64,000 bases of DNA, taken from NCBI GenBank assembly GCA_024137785.1, contig JAHRHZ010000021.1, positions 27,391,745 to 27,455,744 of the forward strand. Reading direction: 5' to 3'. Source of the DNA: Ginglymostoma cirratum. Its lineage: Eukaryota. Positions 54,319 to 64,000 of this stretch are shown in pieces (within the stretch, counting starts at the first letter, position 1; the number at the start of each line of letters is the position of its first letter). The notes beneath the pieces are model-generated. The model worked only from the letters and a program-made list of their open reading frames with translations, was not told the DNA's origin and did not search any database. The position numbers were made by a program, and so were the translations under genes.

Positions 54319-54801
54319 GGCCCTTGGTGCTTAGGCACCTGTTTTACAATAATAAAACAAGCCCAAAGCTATGAATGGCGAATGCTTTCTCAACCCTTTT
54401 TGAAGCATTGTGCTAATCATTGTCAAGCTGGCAATTAGCAGCATTTTTATCTCACCTTCTTGGCAGTCACATCACAATTGAACACCTGCAACCGGAGTAG
54501 TGAGTTTTTTAAAAATCTTTTCTGCACACTAACCACAAGTGGTGAAAATGTTCCGCAGTAGAGCAGCAGCAAGGTAGTTCAGAAGTCACAGGTTAGTTCT
54601 GCAATTGAAATTAGAGTTTTGCCCTAAAGATGGTCATACTTCTGTTCAGAGTAACTTGAAAGGATTATGATTGGTTCAATTTACTGTCCATTAAAGAAGA
54701 ATTTTCAAGCAGGTGGACTCATTATGCAAATAATTAACCAATAAGTTTGACACAGCTCCTGTCAGAATGCCTCCTACCTGCCAAACTGAAGGAAGTACTA
54801 A

Positions 54802-54952
54802 AAACAGAAGTTGCTTGAAAAGCTCAGTAGGTCTGGCAGCATCTGTGAAGAGAAATCAGAGTTAACGTTTTGAGTCAGGTGAGCCTTCCTCAGAACTTCT
54901 CGTTTTTCTTTGTTTCTGATTTACAGCACCTGCAGTTCTTTTGGTTTTTATA
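54802..54952 (+). mobile_element. Short PLE-derived element with internal inversion and 13-bp TSD
   Basis: TSD aaggaagtactaa at 54789-54801 and 54953-54965. 54802-54896 is the hammerhead-bearing part on the minus strand; 54897-54950 is the 3' tail on the plus strand. Confidence 0.85.
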
Positions 54953-56586
54953 AAGGAAGTACTAACTGCAGTTTGGGATAAAGCGTCACCTGGTACCATC
55001 CAGTCCCTCAGAGTGAGAGTTGCTCTTCAGCAGTAAATAACTTGGCCAAAGAAGAAAAATAAGGGACTAAGAATAGTTCTTGAAAATTTATTGGATTTTG
55101 GACAACAATTACATGCATTTTGTTATGTTTTGTATTTGGCATCTGTCTGAGATAAAAAGTTTAGTTGCATTGCCAGGGAGAACTGTATTCCTAAGACAAC
55201 AGTAAAGGTTAACAAAAAGAATTAGCAGAACTGGAATTTAACATGTCCCAGTATCGAAATAACTACCTATATTTAATTTAATACACTGAGCCAAATTCTG
55301 TTTGCTGCAGAGAAAGTATTGAAAAAGATATCTGAATGGTCTACAGACTGAAATAGGTGCTGAAGATGCAGTTCAGAATAGTTCACTGCTTTGTGGATAC
55401 GAAATATTGCATGGTATACCAGTTGCAGCAGGCTTGTTTCCTTGAGTAAAATACATTCAAGGCATTGTAATTTAATCCCTTTCTCTATTGCGGAGTCATC
55501 ATTGAATATGTTTTTCTATAAATTTGTTCTTAGGATGTCGGCAAGGCAGCACTCATTTAACATCTTCAGTTGCGCTGAAAACATTAGTTGTGAATTACAC
55601 AAAGTGGGCCTGGAGACACATGTCAGCTAAATCTGCAAAATTTATCTTTTTGCAACAATTGGACAGCTTTCATTAGAAATTTTTTATCCCTTGGTGATAA
55701 CCTACATATTACCTTGTTAATTAAATTAATTTTCATCTACACCCCCAATTCTCCTGGTGAAATAGGCCAATTTTTCAGGTGTACAGTCAGTTTATCAGAG
55801 TGATACAGCATATTTCTCCTCTTGAATATAAATAGAATATTTGAACAAGTCAATGAAGGTTGAAAACAGGCCATGGTTATAACCCCAACTTATATAGGCA
55901 AAGCATAATGAAATGAAACCTGCCAGACCTGGTACAGAAACGTAGTGTTCTAACTGAAAGACCTAACAATACATTTTGCATCTTTTTAAAAAATAAAACA
56001 AATTCAGCAAACTTGAGTTCTAATCCATTCTCTCCTGGAGGATAGCTCTTGTTTGGGAATCTTATTTTTGTTTTGGGCAAGGTGACTGTGTCTCAATTTT
56101 CTGAGATATTTGAGAACATAGATTTTAAAGTGAAGGGAAAATGGATTTTAATTTGAGTCCTGTGAAGGTCTGACATTTTGTTTTAAAGGTCAGAAAGTCA
56201 CTTTGAACATGAGTTTGAATAGCAGATACAAAAAGTCATGTGATTTTCAGCTATGTGACCAGCAAGCCACATGGGGAGACAATTGCTGAATTGAGTTTTT
56301 ATTTACTGAGCCACAAATGACTTCATGCAGGGGAAAGGGCCATAACAGCAGAGGTGTCATGTCAAGCAGTCATGTCAGAGGAGGAGTCCAGAGGTACTTG
56401 GAGATCAGTGAGAAGAAATCTTCAGAAGCCTCTTACCTATTACAATAGTTACGTCATCAAAAAAATTCCAGTTTGTTCAGCATGATTTGCTTTTCAAAAA
56501 CCCATGCTGACTTTGACTGATCTTTTTAATGTTTTCCAGATGTTCTGTTATCACATCTGAGACTCCAGGCAATCTCATTACCACCT

Positions 56587-56596
56587 NNNNNNNNNN
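56587..56596. other. Assembly gap (10 N) with identical 47-bp flanks
   Basis: 56540-56586 is identical to 56597-56643. Confidence 0.95.
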
Positions 56597-57157
56597 ATGT
56601 TCTGTTATCACATCTGAGACTCCAGGCAATCTCATTACCACCTTCTCAAGGGCATTTAGAGATGGCCAACAGATGCTGGCCTTGCAACTAATATCCATAA
56701 ACTGCGAAAGAATGGAAAGAAATATTGTTGTCCCCTACATAAAGCTGATCTATATTGTGGTGGAATTGATGCCTTTTATAGTACTTCATAGAAATATTGT
56801 TATGTCTTATATCCTCTTTAGTTACATCTACCTGTCTTCCTTTTCCTCTTCCACAGCAATATACTTACTAATAACTTTGGCATTGCTCTCTGACAAAAAG
56901 AATCCTGTAGTTTACTATTTATTTATACAGTTTGATATGTACATGTTTAAATTCATTGTAGTAATTTTAAATCAGAGTAAAATGTTCTCTTTTAAATTTG
57001 ACTGCAGCTGCAAATGTTGTATAGGATTATCAGTAATGCCTTGACAACAAGTGAAATTTTGCTTTTCTTATCAATTCTTTTTCCCATTTGGAGAGATGTT
57101 AATTTTCAATTCAGTGCTAAATACAGATGAATAATCTGATTCAACCCACATGGAAAA

Positions 57158-57762
57158 ATTAGAATTCACTATATTGTCACATGTACTAAAATGACTACAG
57201 TGAAAAGTTTATAAGTCGCCACTTATGGCATCATCTTAGCTACAGATTCTTAAGAGCAAATACTTAAGGGTAAAAAATTAGAAAATTAAAGAAATAAAAA
57301 GTCCAGTATTGCAGATGATAGGAATGATTAGAAAATAAAGAAATTAAAAAGGTCAGGATAACCGTCTTTCCGATCCAGTCCGTGCCGGCACCTAACCTCT
57401 AGTCCACCACAGGACTCCAGACCACGATGGGCTTCACCTCAAGGCTGTCAAGGCCAGGATACCATTCTGGAATCATCTCAAGGCTGGAGAGCCATGCTGG
57501 GCTGCTGAGAAGCTGCAACACCAGGCCATCAATAGACCACTGGGCCGGGAGACAAACACACTGGGCCGAGAGTCTGTCACAACTGGCCAAGAGGATGCCA
57601 CACCAAGGCCATGAGTCCGAGTCCACTCTGAGGCCGGGATTTCAGAATATCGCTGAGAAGAAAGAAGGAAAAGAAAACACAAGAAAAAGAGTGGAAAAAA
57701 AGAAAAGAAACGGATGGAGCGGATGATCTCCAGCTGAAGAATCCTACTCCACCACCACCTTT
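57158..57762 (-). mobile_element. Probable non-autonomous LINE-derived element (Rex1/Babar-like tail)
   Basis: Minus strand starts aaggtggtggtggagtagga (decayed aagatggcggc-type 5' end), has a GC-richer body and ends ttttcactgtag...gtacatgtgacaataagtgaattctaat. Confidence 0.45.
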
Positions 57763-58560
57763 GAATCTGTACTAGGGCTAAGCTCTCAATTATTGGAGAG
57801 GAAAATAATCCCTTAATACTCAGCTGAAATGGTGCAGTCTTTCTGTAAAGAGTTCAACATTGAAGACAAATCAGCAAATTCTAAACTCTCAACTCATTAT
57901 CAAAGTTTTAAGTAAATTTTAGATTAATTTTCTGTTCGCCGTTGTACACAAAACACATTATGAATATGCCTAAATGTTCATAACAAGGTCAATAAACTCG
58001 TTTAATTTAATAAGGAGGAAATAAACTTGTCTTTTATATAATGTGTTTGATTTATTAGGAATTGTGTGTTGATTAAATCAGCTGACGAGCTTTAATAACC
58101 TCCTAAAAACATTGCCTTGTTACCAGTAGCGACTTCTGTACCTTTGAAACAAAACCATTTACCTAGAAATGAAGTATGTTATTGCTAATAATCTCACATT
58201 CTACGTACAGACAAAGAGGTGGCAATGCCACTGTTCAGAAATCTTTGAATCCCTATGAAATTTTATTTTTATCTTTTGTCACCTGCTGTGTTACTGATAC
58301 TACAGAGCTATTGTAGTGGAACCATTGCGAGCAATTCCTTTTGATCCAGCTTATGTGTAGTTTATTTCTAAGGAAAAGAGTTATGTACAAGCTGTTTTGT
58401 AACCAGAATTAAAAATGGCATTAAAGGCACAGTTCAGTTATTGCTTATAAATCTGATTGATACTTGTGTATGGATATCTCTTAGTCGAAGTACTTACTAA
58501 CTATATAATTACTTCTCCATTCTATGTTTCAATGGCTAAAATAAATATTAGAAATGTCTT

Positions 58561-58706
58561 AATAAAAGCCAAAAGAACTGCGGATGCTATAAATCAGGAA
58601 CAAAAACAGAAGTTGCTGGAAAAGCTCAGCAGGTCTGGCAGCATCTGTGAAGAAAAAATCAAAGTTAATGTTTTGGGTCTGGTGACCCTTCCTCAGAACT
58701 GTCTTC
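58561..58706 (-). mobile_element. Complete short PLE-derived element with hammerhead-like core and 14-bp TSD
   Basis: TSD attagaaatgtctt at 58547-58560 and 58707-58720. Reverse complement reads agtt-CTGAGGA-a-gggtc-acca-gaccc-AAAA-catt-aact. Confidence 0.88.
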
Positions 58707-60219
58707 ATTAGAAATGTCTTCTTTTGTTTATGAAAATCTGAAAACGAATCAGTAGCATTTTACATTTAATGACACACATTTCACTAAATGACATTGACCT
58801 GCTTTGTGCACTTATAGCTAGTATTATTCCTTTGTAAATGTTCTTTTGCTGAGTTGGTTATTCAAGAAGGTGTGTAAGGGAGATTTAAAAGCTGGTGATG
58901 TACTGCACTCTCCAGTTTAAAGTTAATTTCAAATAGGGCAAGGACAACCAGAAACAACCAAATTATATTTTATTGCTAAGTTCCAAAGTTAGTTTTTTCA
59001 TTGCAGCTCTGAAGGACATGACTTGCACAATTGATACAAAGTCAGCTGATGTACTCTGCTGACAGCTGTGTGGAAGTCTAGGTTCATTGGTTTTGATCTA
59101 AATTGCCAAAATAAATTATGATTTATATGCATTTTTAAATTAAAATTACTTTGAGCCAAGGCGAGAAAAAGATAAGGTTGGGTGAGAAAATGCAGCGTAA
59201 ATTGTCAAGTAGTTACATTGTTTTGGGTTGTCAGTGAAAATGACTGTTGTCTATTCAAGATGTTCAAACTACATTGATATCTGCCCTTCTGACTTCTATT
59301 CAGAAATCAATTATTCACACTTGTTTCCTTGCATTAGGGAAATGTACTATTTAAACTTTACAATGCCACACAATCATTGTTGTAACACATGAGCTTTCCA
59401 ATGATGTGTAAGTTACAGGGAACCATTTTGAGAAAGCATCTGGTGTTACTTATGCAAGTGCTGGCGAAGCTTAAATTGATTAAGTGCAATTTTTGTAAAG
59501 TCTTTTTTTTAATAAAAGAAATGTGTAATTTCCTCTAAGCTTAATTTTACCTTTCTTTAAATTAATATTGACTTTACACATCTAATTAAGCTGGGCTACT
59601 CACTTTCCTTTCACTTGGTATCTGTGCCCAAAATGGCAAAGTGCATGGTGTGAAGCATGATTCTTGCAAATACCCTTATGGCTGATTGATTGCCAAAAGG
59701 CGCAGAATGTGGAATTGAATTTAGAATAAAAGTTCTCATCTGCAAGCTCTAAAGTTTAGACGTAAATTGAGTTTAGACAACATCAATTAATTTTCTTCAG
59801 GGACTTTCATCAGTAGCACAAAGCAGTTCATAATTTAGTACTCAGGAAATCTTGTTGAAAGAGCCATAAACATAACATGCTGCAGGTGTCAATGTAGCAT
59901 ATAAGTGTTGCCCTTCTGAAGTTGGAGGCAAAAGTACAATATTGGAACAATTCAAAGTCCTGACCCAGGGGTGTTAAATAATAATTCTAGATACAAAAGA
60001 AGGCTGTTCCACTGCCCTGTACGAACATCCCTCACCTTGGTGTAAACTAAAATGCCACTGAAAATTTTCTCAGTCTCCTGGATTTTTAACAAAATCCAGT
60101 AGTCTATCACAATGACCACAGCCCCTCCTCCAACATCTGTAACATTTGTCTATGCCCTACTCTATTCTCCTGCACACCAGCATCCCCCTTCAAATTCTCC
60201 CAAACTCCATGATTCTTTG

Positions 60220-62110
60220 TTTTATTTGTTTGTGGGATGTGGGCGTCACTGGCTAGCCAGCATTTAATGCCTGTTCCTAGTTGCCCTTGAGAAAGTAGTG
60301 GTGAGCTGCCTTCTTGAACTGCTGCAGTCCACCTGCTGTGGGTTGACCCACGATACCATTAGGGAGAGAATTCCTGGATTTTAACCCAGTGACAGTGAAG
60401 GAACAGCGATGTATTTCCAAGTCAGAATGGTGAATTACCTGGAGGGGAACTTGCAGGTTCCCATGTATTTGCTGTCCTTGTCCTTCCAGATCAAAATAGT
60501 CACCGGACCTGAAATGTTAACTCCGATGTTTTTTTTTAAACGGATGCTGACAGACCTGCTGAGCTTTTCCAGCAACTTCTGCTTTTGTTCGAGGTTTGGA
60601 AGGTCTGAGGATCTTTGGTGAATTTCTGCAGTGTACCTTGTAGATAGTGCACACTGCTGCTACTGAGATTCAGTGGTGAAGAGACCAGATGCTTGTGGAT
60701 GTAATGCTAATCGAGCTTGCTGCTTTGTCCTGCATGGTTTCAAGCTGATTGAGTGTTGTTGGAGCTACACTCAACCAGGCAAATGGGGAGTGTTCCATCA
60801 CACTCCTGACTTGTGCCTTGTAGATGGTGGACAGGTTCATCAGGAGATGAGTTACTCACCACAGTATTCCTAACCTCTGATCTGCTCTTGTGGCCACTGT
60901 GTTTATGTGGCGAGTCCATTTGAGTTTTTCGTCAATGATAACCCCCAGGATGACACCATTGAATGTCAAGAGTGGTGGTTAGATTGTCTCTTGGTGATGG
61001 CCATAGCCTGGCATTTGTGTGGCATGAATATTACTTGCCACTTACCATCCCAAGCCTGGATATTCTCCAGATTTTGTTGCATGAGAACATGGACTGCTTC
61101 AGTATCTGAGGAGTCACGAATTGTGAACATTGTGCAATCATCGGCGAACATCCCCACTTCTGACCTTATGATGGAGGGAAGGTCATTGATGAAGCAGCTG
61201 AGATGGTTGGGTCAAGGACACTAACCTGAGGAACTCCTGCAGAGATATCCTGGAGCAGAGATGGTTGACCAACGACTATGACCATCTTCCTATGTTCTAG
61301 GTGTGACTCCAACCACTGGAGAGTTTGCACCCTGATACCCATTGATTCCAGTTTTGCCAGGGCTCCTCGGTGCCACTGTCGGTCGAATGCAGCCTTGATG
61401 TCAAGGGCTGTCACTCTCACCTCCCCTCTGGAATTCAGCTGTTTTTCCATTTTTTGAACCAAAGCTGTGATGAGGTCCAGAACTGATGGCCCAGGCAGAA
61501 CCCAAGCTGGATGTCAATGAACAGGCAGAGCAGCTGCCACTTGTTAGCGCTATTGATGACACCTTCCATCACTTTACTGATGATCGAGAGTGGACTGATG
61601 GGGCGGTAATTGGCCGGGTTAGATTTGTCCTGCTTTTTATGTGCTGAATGTATCTGGGCAATTTTCCACATTGTTGGGTGTATGCCAGTGTTGGAACAGC
61701 TTGGCTAGAGGAATGACAAGTTCTGGAGCTTGAGTCCCGTTATTATTGCCAGAAAGTTGTCAGGACCCATTGCCTTTTCAGTATTCAGTATCTCCAACCA
61801 TTTCTTGATATCATGTGGAGTGAATTGAGTTGGCTGAAGACTGGTATCTGTAATGCTGGGGACCATTGGAGGAGGCCGAAATGGATCATCCACTCGGCAC
61901 TTCTGGCTGAAGATTGATGTAAATGCTTCAGTCTTATCTTTTACACTGATGTGCTCGGCTCCTCTATCATTGAAGATGGGGATATTTGTGGAAGCTTCTC
62001 CTTCAGTGAAGCTATATTTATCTGTCAGTGTTTAACTATCCACCACCATTCATGGCTGGATGTGGCAGGATTGCAGAGCTTAGATATGATCTGTTGGTTG
62101 TGGAATCGTT
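60220..62110 (-). mobile_element. 5'-truncated LINE (CR1/L2 group), RT domain decayed
   Basis: KAMGPDN, WKIAQIHSAHKKQDKSNPANYRPISPLSIISKVMEG, ALDIKAAFDR, GVPQVSVLDP and FADDCT in successive frames; 3' tail at 60220-60330. Confidence 0.9.
60498..60589 (+). mobile_element. Short PLE-derived fragment nested in the LINE
   Basis: gtc-accg-gacct-GAAA-tgtt-aact...gatgctgacagacctgctgagcttttccagcaacttctgcttttgtt; the CTGANGA box is lost. Confidence 0.78.
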
Positions 62111-62399
62111 GAGCTTTGTCTTTAAAACTTCTAAAAAACTGTCCTCAAACTACTTTTTTATGTGGTTCTACCAACTTTTTTTCCACTTGTTCCATGCATT
62201 TCCTGCCATATCCGTCACAAGTATTTGGAACATGTTCCCAGAAATATTCCTTTGTTTTCTGTACTTCTGCAAGAAAGGTAGGAGACAAAATTGCACAGGT
62301 AATTTTCAGATGCCAGATAAAATTCCAACAAAGAGCTTGAAAGAGCCATTGGCATTCTTAGAATTTCCTGTCATTAGAATATAATTTGACCTATTTAAG

Positions 62400-62822
62400 T
62401 TTACCAGACTGATTCCATGGATGGCAGGACGAGATGAGTATGAAGAGATACTGGATTGTCTAGAAGAATTGGGGTAGGGGGGTGTGGGGGATGATCTTGT
62501 AGAAACCTCTAACAGTACTAGATGGCGCCAGAGTTCAGAACCAAAGGTCACAGTTTAAGGATGCAGGCTAGGTCATTCAAGACTGAGGTGAAGAGAAATT
62601 TCTTCACCCAGACGCTGGTGAGTCTATGGAATTCTCTGCTACAGAAAACAGTTGAGGCCAAAACACTCTGTTTTTGAGAAGGACTTAGATATCATTCTTG
62701 GGGCTAAAGGGATCATAGGGTATGGCTAGAATGCGGGAACAGGCCATTGAGTTGGATAATCAGCCATGATCATATTGAATGGCAGGGCAGCCTCAAAGGG
62801 GCAAATGTCCTATACCTGTTCC
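62400..62822 (+). mobile_element. CR1 3' end fragment
   Basis: tttaccagactgattccatggatggcagg...gactgaggtgaagagaaatttcttcacccag...gatcagccatgatcatattgaatggcagggcagcctc. Confidence 0.78.
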
Positions 62823-63194
62823 CTTTCAGGCATGGTCAGTTAGTGGTTTTGATGTACTGTAGATGTGATGTATTCACCAATTCACTTAAGTAACACCAGA
62901 AAATATCATCTAAATTTTGAAACTGGGATTTTTCTGTTAAACACAAAAGTCACACATCAGAAATTCCTTGTATTTTGTTACAGATACAATTATTTTATTT
63001 AAGAAAGAAAATTCATGATTAACCTGATCCTTTGAATTTAGAAACAATTTACTGACTTCTAAATGGTCTAAGCATGACCGTTACATAAACTCTCACAGGA
63101 ACTGAATAAGCACTGCTTAGTAATGCTCCATTCCTAATATGCTTTATATAGGTGCTCTATATAAATGGTGAAAAGGGAACAGGTAGAGGACATA

Positions 63195-63483
63195 GGGCAG
63201 CATGGTGGCTCAATGGTTAGCACTGCTGCCTCCTGGCGCCAGGGACCTGGGTTCAATTCCACTGCCGGGTGACTGTCTGTGTGGAGTTTGCGCATTCTCC
63301 CCGTGTCTGCGTGGGTTTCCTCTGAGTGCTCCAGTTTCCTCCCACAGTCGAAAGATGTGCAGGCTAGGTGAATTGGCCATGCTAAATTGCCCATAGTGTC
63401 CAGGGATGTGTGCTATAAGGGAGTGGGTCACTGTGGACTTGTTGGGCAAAGAACCTGTTTCCACACTAGGGATTCTATGATCT
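63195..63483 (+). mobile_element. HE1-type V-SINE
   Basis: gggcagcatggtggctcaatggttagcactgctgcctc...ggttcaattcc...ctgtgtggagtttgcgcattctccccgtgtctgcgtgggtttcc...ggacttgttgggcaaagaacctgtttccacactagggattctatga. Confidence 0.9.
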
Positions 63484-64000
63484 GAAAGTCACTGATTTTT
63501 TTTTTACCAACTGCATTGCCACTTGTTGCATTTTGTTTTGAGAAAGTTCTGCCAAGCTTTCCAATCTAATAACAGTGGCTAGGCTTCAGCAATCTAATTT
63601 AGTTTGCTGTGAAGTACTTTGAGATGACAAATTTGTTTACACGAAGTCTTGTTAACCAACTATTATTATGAGGCCACTCACTGGCTCAGGTCTTGTGGTT
63701 AGCTGCAATGTGACAATGCTAAATGCTAACTTCAAAAAATGTCCATCAAGATTGAGTGATCTCTTTCGTGAGGATTTCACCTTTCTTGATCATTTCATTC
63801 TGATGTCAACAACAGAAGTTATCCATCGTCCAGCAAAAGTGGTATCACCACATTAAAGAAATCTCTGACCGTAAACAAGGTGATTATCCTTTAGTAATTA
63901 CTTTACAGTTTACACTTTTTTAAAAAAAAATCATACATGGAATGGAGGCAAAGGCTGAAATATCATAAACTTATTTAGAAAATCCTCAGAATTTTTTTAT

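Noticed and set aside
56540-56643. Perfect 47-bp direct repeat
   Set aside because: It flanks a 10-N gap exactly, so it is most likely overlapping contig ends rather than a real duplication.

Overview
Eukaryotic, AT-rich, repeat-dense DNA from a cartilaginous fish (shark); the taxon is inferred from HE1/V-SINEs, Deu-SINEs and CR1/HER1-type LINEs. The window lies inside a large + strand gene, SAMTOR/BMT2 (C7orf60). Two internal coding exons are present (13638-13779 and 39442-39621) and they splice in frame across a 25.7-kb intron; I could not find the first exon or the downstream methyltransferase-fold exons. The rest is intron filled with retroelements: decayed CR1 and L2-group LINEs, tRNA-derived SINEs, a probable solo LTR, and a ~3.2-kb Penelope-like element (PLE, Neptune-type: RT + Cys linker + GIY-YIG). 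The most notable signal is about a dozen short PLE-terminus copies. Most carry a minimal type I hammerhead ribozyme core (CTGANGA-A-stem II-GAAA-CGT), and three have 13-15 bp target-site duplications (TSDs). Three PLE insertions show a twin-priming-like inversion, and one copy has captured the genomic flank of a neighbouring copy. There are two assembly gaps (31332-31731, 56587-56596). Repeat boundaries are by eye and approximate; no database searches were run.
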